This document shows positions 1 through 11,099 of a DNA stretch of 64,000 nt, piece by piece. The DNA lies in the NCBI GenBank assembly GCA_963695605.1, contig CAVOHI010000013.1, positions 9,598-73,597 on the forward strand. The letters run 5' to 3'. How positions within the stretch are numbered: position 1 is the first letter of the stretch; the number at the start of each line of letters is the position of its first letter. The notes under the pieces are model-generated. The model made no database searches, had not been told where the DNA came from, and saw only the letters and a program-made list of their open reading frames with translations. The stretch comes from an uncultured Alphaproteobacteria bacterium (lineage in GTDB: Bacteria; Pseudomonadota; Alphaproteobacteria; ATCC43930; CGMCC-115725). Position numbers and translations under genes: made by a program.

Positions 1-830
<830 letters not shown>

Positions 831-856
831 CTAACAGTTGCGCGCTTGCCCGAGTC

Positions 857-1660
857 TCACCGATGCGCTGCGGTCGATTGCGGCACAGGCGAGCCGTTTA
901 CCAGTTCCGGCCGGTATTCGAAATGCATCGTATCGTAGTGGGACCACTTGCCGCCCCAGATGAAGCCGTGCCGCTCGAAGATGTCGACGATCTCGGCCGG
1001 TAAGGTGTTGGCCGATGCGGTGCGGGGCCACAGCCAATACTCGGCATGGGCCGCATTGATGTCGATCGCCGCGCCCCAGGAATGCATGCTCGGTTCCCCG
1101 GTATCGGCCACGGTGCGGCAATTGTATGTTCCTGACGGCGGGTAGACATACCGCTTCAAGGGAGGGGGCAGCGCGTCCAGTTCCTCTGAGATTTCGGTCA
1201 GGCGCTCGGCAACGCCGTTGACCGACGTCACCCGAACCACATGGCCCCAGCTCTGCGGAAGCCAAACTACGGGCGCCAGCCTCGGGGTCACCTCGCCTTT
1301 CCAGCAATCCCCATACATCTTGTCGAAGAAAGCGCGGTTGCGGATACGGCCGGGATCGCCTTGTCGAACGAGCGCGGCGGCATTGACGCCCGCCGGATAG
1401 GGCAGGCGCAATTGGTCGAGGATCGAACCGTGCCGCAACATCTCCTCGAAGCTCCTGTCCGGCTGCCCGTCCGAGAGCGGCATCCGCGTGCCGTCCCGCC
1501 AGATCAAATACGTCGAATCGTAGCCGGCCAGCTGCTCGGGATAAGCCTGGACGAGAGCGTCAAGGCCGGCTCCCTCCGCCGCTCCGGCGATGCCGGAGAA
1601 CAAAAGAGCCAGGCCGGCTATGCTTCTCAGCCGGGCAGTTTCCAGCCGAGCCAGTCGCAC
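857..1660 (-). CDS. M15-family (VanY/D-Ala-D-Ala carboxypeptidase-like) secreted metallopeptidase
   Basis: C-terminal two thirds of track ORF 857..2374. Motifs: YNCRTVADTGEPSMHSWGAAIDIN and HGFIWGGKWSHYDTMHFEY. Putative signal peptide RLRSIAGLALLFSGIAGAAEG. Start assigned to the in-frame GTG at 1660, which is uncertain. Confidence 0.7.
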   Translation of the reverse strand: MRLARLETARLRSIAGLALLFSGIAGAAEGAGLDALVQAYPEQLAGYDSTYLIWRDGTRMPLSDGQPDRSFEEMLRHGSILDQLRLPYPAGVNAAALVRQGDPGRIRNRAFFDKMYGDCWKGEVTPRLAPVVWLPQSWGHVVRVTSVNGVAERLTEISEELDALPPPLKRYVYPPSGTYNCRTVADTGEPSMHSWGAAIDINAAHAEYWLWPRTASANTLPAEIVDIFERHGFIWGGKWSHYDTMHFEYRPELVNGSPVPQSTAAHR

Positions 1661-2447
1661 ACCGCGCGGCCCATCACGAGTTCGAGGTCGCGGCCCTTGA
1701 GCCACGGCATTTCCTCGGTGAACATCGTCACGCACTGTTTCCACGAGCACGGCATGCGGGTGATGTCGGTGCCCCAGAAGGTGCGCTGCGGGCCCAAACG
1801 CCTCGACGATTTGCTGCGTGTATTTGTGGATGTTGCGATAGGGATAGGGCTGGCTCGAATTGCCCGGTGCGCCGGTCGCCTTGACCGCCACGTTGGGATA
1901 TTTGGCGAGCGCCAGCAATGCCGGCTGGTTGCCGTGCGCAGCGTCGTCCTTGCCGTCACGAACCCGCGCGTAGTGGTCGATGATCAGCTTCAGCCCGGGA
2001 TGACGCTCGGCGATCTGCCCCACCTGCGACAGATAATTCGACGCCATCAGCGCGATCGGGATCCCGGCCTTCTCGGCCGCCGGCCACAGCCAGTCCATCG
2101 TCCCGTCGGTCATCCAATTGGCCTGGTGCGGCTGGGTGAATGCATAGCGCAGCCCGAGCATGCCCGGGCCGGCTCTTCCAGGTATCGATGAGCGAGCGGT
2201 TTTCGGGTTTGTCGAGCGGGAAATTGCCGAGGATCCCGAAGCGGTTCGGGTATTTGGCCGCAGCCTCCTCGGAGATCTTGCCGGAGTTCGGGTCCCACCC
2301 CGGCGGGTGCAACAGGCAGGCGTTGACGCCGGCTGCGTCCATGTCGCGGATGCATTCTTCCGCGGTATAGGCATTGACTTGGCGGTGGGCCTGATTCGTG
2401 GGCGGCCCGGCCGACCAGATGTGAACCTGTGCGTCGACGATCAGCAT
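1627..2447 (-). pseudogene. Amidohydrolase-2 family protein, interrupted by two +1 frame disruptions
   Basis: Three consecutive frames give one coherent protein: MLIVDAQVHIW...LIDTWKSRPG, then MLGLRYAFTQPHQANWMTDGTMDWLWPAAEKAGIPIALMAS...IVEAFGP, then QRTFWGTDITRMPCSWKQCVTMFTEEMPWLKGRDLELVMGRAVCDWLGWKLPG. Shifts lie near 2150-2165 (GGCCCGGGC) and 1786-1795 (GGGCCC). Confidence 0.75.
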
Positions 2448-2488
2448 GGCGTCTCACTCCGTTGTATCTGCCCAGGCTTTGCTAAGGC

Positions 2489-3790
2489 TCACTCGGCGGC
2501 GGCGAGCAGTGGCGGCTGTTTGAGATAGCTCTCGGCGAGCTGTCGCCCGGTCGCACGCATCAGCTGCTTGTCGAGCGCCGGCGTCCGCGCCGGCGGGACA
2601 CGAACCACCGTGTCGTTGCAGTAGGTCGGGATCACGACGTCGCCGTCGTGAAAGATGCCCTGGGGATCTTGGCCGGCCTTGACCGCCCGGATGCCGCGGC
2701 GGATCTGGTTGCGGAACATCGTGATGCCCCGATCGGTGGTACCGAGATGTTCCAGACCATGGACGGCGACCGGGCGCTGCGAGACCTGGGCTTCGAAATC
2801 GCCAGGATGCCGCTGGCTTTCCTCGTAGGTATCCATGCCGAGCTGGCCCGGCAGCATGATGCTCCGGTCGGCCCACCAGTCGGGGGTGATCACGCCCTCG
2901 GTCTCGCTGACGTGGCGGAGTTCGATCAACATCGTGTTGGTGTTGTCGAGCGGGACGATCCAACGGCTCATCATCGGCCCGCTGAACGGATGCTCGTTAT
3001 GGCCGGTTTCCCAGATCGGCGCGACCTGCTGCAGGTTGGGCAACACGTTCTCGACCGATCGCGACCAGATGTTGTCGCCGACCCGGCGGGTCGCAATGTA
3101 GATGATCCCGACCGGGGTTTCGGCGAAATCCAATTCCGGCAGGACACCGAATTCATCGGTGAACACCGCCCCGCTTACGATTGTGTGCAGGAACGCGGTG
3201 TGCACCGCGTCCATCGTGTTTTCGAGGATCTGCAGCCAGTTGCAGGGATAGAAGTATTTCTGGCCGGGCATCACGCGGAAACCGGGCCGCACAAAGCTGT
3301 CATAGGTCGGGAAAGCCGGCTTCTGCTCGGGGGGACCGAGATATGCGAACAGGATGCCGTGGGCTTCGTGGATCGGGTAGGCGCCGTGGAACAGCCGATC
3401 CTTCAGCCGGCTGGTTGGCGGCTCGCCGGGGGTTTCGAGGATCGTGCCGTCGACATCGAACAGCCAGCCGTGATAGCAGCAGCGTATCCCCTTGTCGCCG
3501 ACGAGCCCGAATTCCAGCGATGTGCCGCGGTGCGGGCAATGCAGTTCGAGCAGGCCGGCCGCGCCGCCGCGGTCGCGAAAGGCGACTAGCTCCTCGCCGA
3601 GGATCTTCACCCGCAGCGGCAGATCCCTCAGGTCGTCGGAGTAGCAGACCGGTTGCCAGAAGCGGCGCATATACTCGCCGCAAGCCGTATCCGGGCCGAC
3701 GTGAGTGAGCTCGGTGTCCTCGCTCGGCACACGGCGATGATGATAGCCGCTGTAACGCGCTTTCAAGAACGGGGCCCTGGTTGCCATCAA
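2489..3790 (-). CDS. Rieske [2Fe-2S] non-haem-iron oxygenase, alpha (catalytic) subunit
   Basis: 433-aa ORF with the Rieske motif CPHRGTSL...CCYHGW, followed by a catalytic domain (NWLQILENTMDAVHTAFLH). Confidence 0.85.
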   Translation of the reverse strand: MMATRAPFLKARYSGYHHRRVPSEDTELTHVGPDTACGEYMRRFWQPVCYSDDLRDLPLRVKILGEELVAFRDRGGAAGLLELHCPHRGTSLEFGLVGDKGIRCCYHGWLFDVDGTILETPGEPPTSRLKDRLFHGAYPIHEAHGILFAYLGPPEQKPAFPTYDSFVRPGFRVMPGQKYFYPCNWLQILENTMDAVHTAFLHTIVSGAVFTDEFGVLPELDFAETPVGIIYIATRRVGDNIWSRSVENVLPNLQQVAPIWETGHNEHPFSGPMMSRWIVPLDNTNTMLIELRHVSETEGVITPDWWADRSIMLPGQLGMDTYEESQRHPGDFEAQVSQRPVAVHGLEHLGTTDRGITMFRNQIRRGIRAVKAGQDPQGIFHDGDVVIPTYCNDTVVRVPPARTPALDKQLMRATGRQLAESYLKQPPLLAAAE

Positions 3791-3904
3791 AAGCCTCCTT
3801 GAGGTTAATCTCAGCGATTGTTTTTCGTCTTATTGATCTCCTCGCTAAAACCAACAAGCGTTCCTATGTCAAGAGAGGACCGTCCGGTGCAGCCTTCCTC
3901 GAGG

Positions 3905-4462
3905 TCACCGCTGCATACCCTCGGCGCCAGCGGGCACGTCGTAGAAAGCGAGCGTCATCGACACGCTTGAGTAAAACCCCATCAGGCAGATCACATCGGT
4001 GATGCCCTCATGGCCAAGCGCTTCGACCGCCCGGTCGAAGAGGCCTTTGGAGACCCAGCGTGAATTGGCGAGGCAGGTCGCCATTTCGTAGATGACCTGT
4101 TCGCGCTTGTCGTCAAACGAGGTCGGCAGCCCGGTCAGCATCGCCTCGACTTTGTCGGCCGGCAGACCGGCAGCCTTCGCGGCGCGTTCATGCGCGTTGG
4201 TCGGGTAGGCGGAATGCCATTTGCTGTTAATGATGACGACGGCGATCTCGCGCTCGCGCTCGCTCAGGGAGTAGCCAGTTCGGAAATAAGCGCCGAGCGG
4301 CCCCATCACCTTCACCAGCTTGGGGTTGTGGACATAAATCTTGTTCGGGCCGGGCAGGCGGCCGCGCGTCTCCAGCAGGGAGCGGTAGCCCTCCTGCTGT
4401 TCCGGGGTCATCTGGTCATACGGGATCTCGGCATAGCGGCCGAATGTCGGCTTATCGGGCAT
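3905..4462 (-). CDS. Carboxymuconolactone decarboxylase (AhpD-like) family protein
   Basis: Track ORF 3905..4516. The internal ATG at 4462 is preceded by GGAGG at 8 nt. Sequence is CMD-family-like (SEREREIAVVIINSKWHSAYPTNAHERAAKAAGL). Confidence 0.75.
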   Translation of the reverse strand: MPDKPTFGRYAEIPYDQMTPEQQEGYRSLLETRGRLPGPNKIYVHNPKLVKVMGPLGAYFRTGYSLSEREREIAVVIINSKWHSAYPTNAHERAAKAAGLPADKVEAMLTGLPTSFDDKREQVIYEMATCLANSRWVSKGLFDRAVEALGHEGITDVICLMGFYSSVSMTLAFYDVPAGAEGMQR

Positions 4463-4547
4463 CAGGCAAATCCTCCTTGTTGTCTGCACCAAATGGCCGG
4501 GTCGAAGCCCGGCCATTCTTCTCGATTTTGCGAACCGATCGGCTCGG

Positions 4548-4907
4548 CTACTTCTGGTCGGGCTGCAGCATCAGCCGCTCGACCCGGCCGCCTTCGATCA
4601 AATGCTTTTGCAGGATCTCGTCGAGATCTTCGGTGCTCTCGTAGCGGTACCACACACCCTCGGGGTAAATCACCATGTTCGGGCCGAATTCACAGCGGTC
4701 GAGGCAGCCCGCGGCATTGCAGCGAATGTTCTCGATGCCGAGAGTCTTTGCCTTCTCGCGCATGTAACCGCGCAGCTTCTCAACACCGCCGGCCGACGCG
4801 GCGCGCGCGGTGCAACACCCGCGCGGGTGACCGTCCGGGCGGACATTCGTGCACATGAATATATGGTGCTTATAAAAGAGCGGCGGGTCCGCCGGCGCAG
4901 TTGCCAT
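4548..4907 (-). CDS. Thioredoxin-like [2Fe-2S] ferredoxin
   Basis: 119 aa with HIFMCTNVRPDGHPRGCC...NAAGCLDRCEFGPNMVIYPEGVWY, the typical (2Fe-2S) ferredoxin-domain pattern. Confidence 0.8.
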   Translation of the reverse strand: MATAPADPPLFYKHHIFMCTNVRPDGHPRGCCTARAASAGGVEKLRGYMREKAKTLGIENIRCNAAGCLDRCEFGPNMVIYPEGVWYRYESTEDLDEILQKHLIEGGRVERLMLQPDQK

Positions 4908-5011
4908 TCCGATTCTCCATGTCGGTGTGATGACGGAGCGAATTTCGCATACCGCCGTTCGAGAGTAGGCTAGGAAACCTAACGCGTCGAGCCGCCTGCG
5001 GCAACGCTGCT

Positions 5012-7057
5012 ATGACAGAACCGGGGAACATGACCGACCGCAACCGTCTCGGCGAGGAAACGAGCCCGTATCTCCTGCAACACAAGGCTAATCCCGTTCA
5101 CTGGCAGCCGTGGAGCCCGGACACCCTCGCCGCGGCAAAGGCCGAGAACAAGCCGATCCTGTTGTCGATCGGCTATGCCGCCTGCCACTGGTGCCACGTG
5201 ATGGCCCATGAGAGCTTCGAAGATCCGCAGATCGCCGCGCGGATGAACAACCTCTTCGTCAACATCAAAGTCGATCGCGAGGAGCGGCCGGATCTCGATG
5301 CAATCTACCAACACGCACTGGCACTGATGGGCGAACAGGGCGGCTGGCCACTGACGATGTTCCTCACCCCCGATGGCGAGCCGTTCTGGGGCGGGACGTA
5401 TTTCCCGCCGGAGCAACGCTGGGGCCGACCGGGCTTTCCGCAGGTCCTCGAGGCGATGAGCAACGCCTATGCGCAAAAGCACGACGACGTCGCAAAAAAC
5501 GTGGTCGCTTTGCGCGAGGCGTTGCAAAAGCTCGGCCGTCCGGAACGCGGCGGCGGAATCGGCCGGGATGTGCTGGACCGGATTGCCGAACGCCTATTGC
5601 GCGAGACCGACCAGCTGCATGGCGGGATCGGCACCGCGCCGAAATTCCCGCAAACCGGCGTTCTCGAATTGTTATGGCGGGCCTGGAAGCGTACCGGCCA
5701 GCCGCCGTATCGCGATGCGGTCGTGAAAGCGCTCGACGCGATGTGTCAGGGCGGCATCTACGATCATCTCGGCGGCGGGTTCGCCCGCTATTCGACAGAT
5801 GCGCGCTGGCTGGTACCGCATTTCGAGAAGATGCTCTACGACAATGCCGAACTCGCCGATCTGCTGACCTTGGTTTGGCAGGAGACGAAGAGCCCGCTTT
5901 ATCGAGAGCGGGTCGACGAGACGCTCGCTTGGGTGGGCCGGGAGATGGTGACCCCGGAAGGCGGGTTCGCGAGCAGCCTCGATGCCGACAGCGAGCACGA
6001 GGAGGGCAAATTCTACGTTTGGTCCGAGGCCGAAATCGATGGCGTGCTCGGCGAGCGAGCCGCCTTGTTCAAACACTTTTACGACGTAACTGCAGAGGGC
6101 AATTGGGAAGGGAAGAACATTCTCAACCGGTCGAAGGCACTCGAACGTGCCGACGAACAGACCGAGCGAGAGCTGGCAGCCTGCCGGGCTCTCTTGTTGC
6201 GCGCCCGTGAGCACCGGGTGCGTCCGGGGTGGGATGACAAGGTCCTTGCCGACTGGAATGGGTTGATGATTGCGGCGATGGCCAATGCGGGGGTCGTCTT
6301 CGAGCGTCCGGAGTGGATCGACACAGCTCGCCGTGCCTTCGATTTCATCCGCGGCGAGATGACCGGCGCCGATGGCCGTCTGCGGCACGGCTGGCGGGCT
6401 GGGCACGCTCGCCATCCGGCTAATGTCGATGATTATGCCAATCTCTGCCGGGCCGCCCTTGTCCTGCACGGAGCGACCGGCGACGAAAAGTTCTTGTCAC
6501 AGGCCTGTGATTGGGTCGCCGTTCTCGACCGCTATTATTGGGACGAGCCGGCGGGCGGCTACTTTTTCGCCGCAAAGGACACCGAGGGACTGATCGCCCG
6601 CGCCAAAACGGCCGCCGATTCCGCCGTCCCGGCCGGCAACGGCACCTTGGTCGGGGTCCTGACGCGGCTGGCGATCCTGACCGGGGAAGAAACCTACCGG
6701 CGCCGCGCCGAGGTGATCGCCCAGACGTTTTCGGGCGAAGTCGCGCGTAACTTTTTTCCGCTCGCGACATTACTGAACAACGTCGAACTGCTCGAAAAGC
6801 CGCTACAGGTCGTTCTGATTGGGGAAGCCAACGACTTGGAGTTTCAGTCGCTGCGTCGCGCGGTCTACAATGTCTCGCTGCCCAACCGGATACTGCTCAC
6901 CCTCCCACCGGGGGCAGCTCTGCCGGCCGGCCATCCGGCATCCGGCAAGGGTCTCGTCGACGGGAAATCTGCCGCCTATGTCTGCGACGGGCCCGTTTGC
7001 TCACTACCAAACACGGATCCCGACAGTTTGCTCGAAACTCTCGGCCGAGTGCGCTAG
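5012..7057 (+). CDS. Thioredoxin-domain protein of the YyaL/DUF255 family (N-terminal Trx fold plus six-hairpin glycosidase-like domain)
   Basis: 681 aa with [52 protein letters not shown] and FYVWSEAEI motifs. An alternative ATG lies at 5030. Confidence 0.85.
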   Translation: MTEPGNMTDRNRLGEETSPYLLQHKANPVHWQPWSPDTLAAAKAENKPILLSIGYAACHWCHVMAHESFEDPQIAARMNNLFVNIKVDREERPDLDAIYQHALALMGEQGGWPLTMFLTPDGEPFWGGTYFPPEQRWGRPGFPQVLEAMSNAYAQKHDDVAKNVVALREALQKLGRPERGGGIGRDVLDRIAERLLRETDQLHGGIGTAPKFPQTGVLELLWRAWKRTGQPPYRDAVVKALDAMCQGGIYDHLGGGFARYSTDARWLVPHFEKMLYDNAELADLLTLVWQETKSPLYRERVDETLAWVGREMVTPEGGFASSLDADSEHEEGKFYVWSEAEIDGVLGERAALFKHFYDVTAEGNWEGKNILNRSKALERADEQTERELAACRALLLRAREHRVRPGWDDKVLADWNGLMIAAMANAGVVFERPEWIDTARRAFDFIRGEMTGADGRLRHGWRAGHARHPANVDDYANLCRAALVLHGATGDEKFLSQACDWVAVLDRYYWDEPAGGYFFAAKDTEGLIARAKTAADSAVPAGNGTLVGVLTRLAILTGEETYRRRAEVIAQTFSGEVARNFFPLATLLNNVELLEKPLQVVLIGEANDLEFQSLRRAVYNVSLPNRILLTLPPGAALPAGHPASGKGLVDGKSAAYVCDGPVCSLPNTDPDSLLETLGRVR

Positions 7058-7091
7058 CGTCCCTTTCTTTTCAAGAAGCTCGAGGAAAGCC

Positions 7092-8066
7092 ATGGCGCAC
7101 GCAATTCGTTTCGAGAAAACGGGAGGCCCGGAGGTTCTAACGTGGCAAGCGGTCGAGGTCGGCAAGCCGGGCCAAGGTCAGGTTCGATTGCGCCACACCG
7201 CGGTCGGGCTCAATTACATCGACACTTACCACCGCAGCGGACTCTACCAGCTGCCGATGCCGAGCGGCCTTGGCTCCGAGGGCGCAGGGGTCATCGAGGA
7301 AGTCGGACCCGCTGTCAGCGGCCTCAAACCGGGTGATCGCGTCGCCTATGCCGGCGGACCCCTCGGCGCCTATGCCGACCAGCGGGTGATGCCGGCCGAC
7401 CGTCTCGTCCCGGTACCCGACGGCATCACCGACCAGCAGGCCGCGGCAATGATGCTGAAGGGCATGACCGCCTGGTATCTCGTCCGCCGCACCCACCCGG
7501 TGAAGCGTGGCGAGACGATCCTGATCCATGCCGCGGCGGGCGGAGTTGGCCTCATCGTCTGCCAATGGGCCAAACACCTCGGCGCCACCGTCATCGGCAC
7601 GGTTGGCGATGAGGCGAAGGCAACGCTCGCCAGAAAGAATGGCTGCGACCACCCGATTCTCTACAAGCACGAGGATTTCGCCGCGAAGGTCGATGATCTG
7701 ACCCAAGGCAAAAAGCTCCCGGTCGTTTACGACTCGGTCGGCAAGGACACGTTCTACAAATCGCTCGACTGCCTGGCTCCGCTCGGGCTGATGGCGTCGT
7801 TCGGCCAGTCTTCGGGCGCAATCGGTCCCGTCGACACCGGCATCCTTGCAGCCAAGGGATCGCTATTCCTGACCCGGCCAACTCTAAATACCTACACGGC
7901 GAGCCGGGAAGCCCTGCTGACCGCTGCCGGAGAGTTGTTCGATGTGGTGAAGAGCGGAGCCGTCAAGATCGCGGTCAACCAGACCTATCCGCTACGCGAA
8001 GCTGCCCAGGCACACCGCGATCTCCAGGACAGGAAAACGACCGGGCAAACCGTGCTGACTGTTTAG
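7092..8066 (+). CDS. qor: NADPH:quinone oxidoreductase (zeta-crystallin-type MDR)
   Basis: MAHAIRFEKTGGPEVLTWQAVEVGKPGQGQVRLRHTAVGLNYIDTYHRSGLY...AAAGGVGLIV. The internal ATG at 7092 has GAGGAA upstream. The upstream part of track ORF 6819.. overlaps the preceding gene. Confidence 0.85.
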   Translation: MAHAIRFEKTGGPEVLTWQAVEVGKPGQGQVRLRHTAVGLNYIDTYHRSGLYQLPMPSGLGSEGAGVIEEVGPAVSGLKPGDRVAYAGGPLGAYADQRVMPADRLVPVPDGITDQQAAAMMLKGMTAWYLVRRTHPVKRGETILIHAAAGGVGLIVCQWAKHLGATVIGTVGDEAKATLARKNGCDHPILYKHEDFAAKVDDLTQGKKLPVVYDSVGKDTFYKSLDCLAPLGLMASFGQSSGAIGPVDTGILAAKGSLFLTRPTLNTYTASREALLTAAGELFDVVKSGAVKIAVNQTYPLREAAQAHRDLQDRKTTGQTVLTV

Positions 8067-8081
8067 CGCTTAAACCATCGA

Positions 8082-8145
8082 GATTGCTTCGTCGCTGCGC
8101 TCCTCGTAATGACTCCGTCGTCATTGCGAGCGCAGCGAAGCAATC
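8082..8145. repeat. REP-like imperfect palindrome between convergent qor and rho
   Basis: gattgcttcgtcgctgcgctcctcgtaatgac ... gtcattgcgagcgcagcgaagcaatc. This is the 'gtcattgcgagcg..gcgaagcaatc' repeat type common in Rhizobiales intergenic regions. It could act as a bidirectional terminator. Confidence 0.6.
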
Positions 8146-8156
8146 CCGATCCTATC

Positions 8157-9413
8157 TTAAGTATTCATCGCGTCGAAGAATTCGGCGTTGCTCTTCGATT
8201 CCTTGAGCTTGTTGATCAGGAATTCCAGACCGTCGACGGTGCCCATCGGCGTTAAAACGCGTCGCAATACCCACATTTTCGACAGGACGCCGCGATCGAC
8301 CAGCAATTCCTCCTTGCGAGTACCGGATTTGGTGATGTCGATTGACGGGAAGGTGCGCTTGTCGGCGACCTTACGGTCGAGAATGATTTCCGAATTGCCG
8401 GTGCCTTTGAACTCTTCGAAAATCACCTCGTCCATACGCGAACCGGTGTCGATCAGCGCGGTCGCGATGATCGTCAAGGACCCGCCTTCTTCGATGTTGC
8501 GCGCAGCGCCGAAGAACCGTTTCGGCCGCTGCAAGGCGTTCGCATCGACGCCGCCCGTCAGCACTTTTCCCGAAGAGGGGACGACGGTGTTGTAGGCGCG
8601 CGCGAGACGGGTGATCGAATCGAGCAGGATAACTACATCCCGCTTGTGCTCGACGAGGCGCTTTGCCTTTTCGATCACCATCTCTGCAATCTGGACATGG
8701 CGTTGTGCGGGTTCGTCGAAAGTCGAACTGATGACTTCGCCCCGCACCGAGCGGGCCATGTCGGTCACCTCCTCCGGCCGCTCGTCGATCAGTAGCACGA
8801 TCAGGTAGACCTCGGGGTGGTTGGCCATGATCGCATGCGCGATATTCTGCAGCATGACCGTCTTGCCGGCGCGCGGCGGGGAAACAATCAAGGCCCGCTG
8901 ACCCTTGCCGAGCGGCGTGATCAGGTCGATGACCCGCGTCGTCAGGTCCTTGCGTGTCGGGTCGTCGAATTCCAACCCGAGCTTCTCCTCGGGATAGAGC
9001 GGCGTCAGATTGTCGAAGTTGATGCGCTGCCGCAGGCGATCGGGTTCGTCAAAGTTGATCGCATTCACCTTGAGGAGCGCGAAATAGCGCTCGCCGTCGC
9101 GCGGTGAACGGATCTGGCCTTCGACCGTATCGCCGGTTCGCAGGCCAAAGCGCCGGACCTGGCTCGGGCTGACATAGATATCGTCCGGCCCAGGCAGGTA
9201 GTTGGCTTCGGGAGATCGCAGGAATCCGAAGCCGTCCGACAGCACTTCAAGCACGCCGTCACCGGAAATCGGCACGTCGTTTTCGGCCAGCTGCTTGAGA
9301 ATGGCGAACAACATGTCCTGCTTGCGCAGCGAGGACGCATTCTCGATTTCCAACTCTTCGGCAAAAGCGAGGAGCTCTGCCGGGGTTTTACGCTTTAATT
9401 CCTGTAGGTTCAT
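8157..9413 (-). CDS. rho: Transcription termination factor Rho
   Basis: 418 aa with [40 protein letters not shown], the Walker A motif PPRAGKT, and the full Rho layout. Confidence 0.97.
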   Translation of the reverse strand: MNLQELKRKTPAELLAFAEELEIENASSLRKQDMLFAILKQLAENDVPISGDGVLEVLSDGFGFLRSPEANYLPGPDDIYVSPSQVRRFGLRTGDTVEGQIRSPRDGERYFALLKVNAINFDEPDRLRQRINFDNLTPLYPEEKLGLEFDDPTRKDLTTRVIDLITPLGKGQRALIVSPPRAGKTVMLQNIAHAIMANHPEVYLIVLLIDERPEEVTDMARSVRGEVISSTFDEPAQRHVQIAEMVIEKAKRLVEHKRDVVILLDSITRLARAYNTVVPSSGKVLTGGVDANALQRPKRFFGAARNIEEGGSLTIIATALIDTGSRMDEVIFEEFKGTGNSEIILDRKVADKRTFPSIDITKSGTRKEELLVDRGVLSKMWVLRRVLTPMGTVDGLEFLINKLKESKSNAEFFDAMNT

Positions 9414-9626
9414 TGGGTTCGTATCGAGATGAGGACCAGGGCGCCTGTCGGGGCAGACTCCTGCGGAGAACGCTTCAAGCAGGGTCTTAGGTTCAGGCGA
9501 GGATGGACAGGGACTAGCAGAAAGAACCGGTTACCGGTTCGGCAATCCCCTTTATCCCGCTTGAGATAAGCCGGTCAAATGCGATTACAAGATCTCTGCT
9601 CATCAGAGAACGCAGCGAAACCTGGG

Positions 9627-10076
9627 CTAGAACGGCTTAACCACGACGAGCACAACGATCGCGATCAGCGCCAAGGTGGGCAACTCGTTGACCAAACGGA
9701 AAAACCGCGTCGAGTGGCAATTCTGGTCCGTCGAGAACTTGCCGCGCCAGCGGGCGAGTGCAATGTGAAAAACAGTCAATACACCAACAAGAGCAAGCTT
9801 AGCCCAAATCCAACCCATCTGCCAGTTGACCACCCCCGGTATTCCTATGAGCAACAGCCCGAAGATCCATGTAGAAAGCATTGCCGGCGTCATGATACCG
9901 CGTAACAGACGGCGTTCCATGACCTTGAAAGTCTCGGAAAGATCCGATTCGACCGGGGCCATCGAGTGATAGACGTAGAGACGCGGCAAATAGAGCAGGC
10001 CGGCCATCCAGGCGACCACGCTCACGATATGGAATGACTTGATCCAGGGATAAGCACCCGAAAGCCACCCGATCAA
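9627..10076 (-). CDS. hemJ: Protoporphyrinogen IX oxidase HemJ
   Basis: YPWIKSFHIVSVVAWMAGLLYLPRLYVYH...NELPTLALIAIVVLVVVKPF. Start assigned to the TTG at 10076, which overlaps the hemH TGA (TTGA). The upstream ATG at 10145 would overlap hemH by 70 nt. Confidence 0.75.
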   Translation of the reverse strand: MIGWLSGAYPWIKSFHIVSVVAWMAGLLYLPRLYVYHSMAPVESDLSETFKVMERRLLRGIMTPAMLSTWIFGLLLIGIPGVVNWQMGWIWAKLALVGVLTVFHIALARWRGKFSTDQNCHSTRFFRLVNELPTLALIAIVVLVVVKPF

Positions 10077-11099
10077 GCGGCGAGTCCGGACATCGCACAG
10101 TGAGCAAAATCGGCAGCACAGCCCACCACCCGATCCTCGGTGCAAGCACGGCGGACGAGCACGGCGAGCGATTGGATGAAGCCCGGCTCGGTCCCGACTG
10201 TCGGAACCCGATGATACGCCGGCACGCCCGAGGTAGTGGCCAGATCACGGTAATCGAGGTCCAGCTCGACCAGGGTCTCGGAATGCTCGGAGACAAAAGA
10301 AATTGGCGCCACGACGACGGGGACTTTGTCCTTACCCGCTCGGCGAATCTCGTCATCGGTTGCCGGACCGATCCATTCCAACGGCCCGACACGACTTCTG
10401 ATAGCAGACGGTCCAATCAAGACCCGGCCGATTCAGAACGCCGATCACGGCCGCGGCGGTTGTCTCGACCTGGTTGGGGTAGGGGTCACCGGCCCGGACG
10501 ATTCTTCTCGGCAAGCCGTGCGCGGTGAGCAGCAGCCGGGGCGGCTTCTCGTGACCGGCAGCAGCATCGAGCGCGGGTCCGATCATCCCGGCCACCGCTT
10601 CGACAAATCCCGGATCGGCGGGATAGCAGCACACAACCCAGGTTGGGCATTCAATTCCGCGGCGTGCTGCCGAGGCGCGCCAAGCGGCGAGCGACGAAGC
10701 CGTCGTCGTCGTCGAGAATTGCGGATAGAGCGGCAGGCAAACGACTTCGTCCGCCGCCCAACCGGCGACCTCGCGCGCGGTCTGCTCGCTGGTGGGGTAC
10801 CAATAGCGCATGGCGACAAAACACCGGTGCTGCGGCCCCAAAACTGTTTCGAGCGCTCTTGCCTGCGCCTCGGTGTTGGCGAGCAACGGCGACCCGCCGC
10901 CGAGCTTACGATAGATCTCCCGCGCCACCGGGCCTCGACGCCATGCGATGATCCGCGCCAGGGGCAGCCGAACGAGCGCAGGCAACCGGAGGATGGCGGG
11001 ATCGCTGAACAGGTTGAAGAGGAAGGGTCGCACCGCTTCCAACCGATCCGGACCTCCAAGGTTCATCAGCACGACCGCGGTACGAGCCACGTCAGGCAT
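10073..11099 (-). pseudogene. hemH: Ferrochelatase, one +1 frame disruption (probably an assembly artefact)
   Basis: MPDVARTAVVLMNLGGPDRLEAVRPFLFNLFSDPAIL...LDWTVCYQ continues in the next frame as SRVGPLEWIGPATDDEI...VSEHSETLVELD. There is one extra A in CAGAAGTCGT at about 10391-10400. The start overlaps the hemE stop. Confidence 0.9.

Noticed and set aside
857-2374. 505-aa track ORF that looks like one large protein
   Set aside because: It is a chimera. Its N-terminal half is the middle segment of the frame-broken amidohydrolase. Its C-terminal half is a separate M15 peptidase with its own signal peptide. The junction is Arg/Pro-rich read-through.
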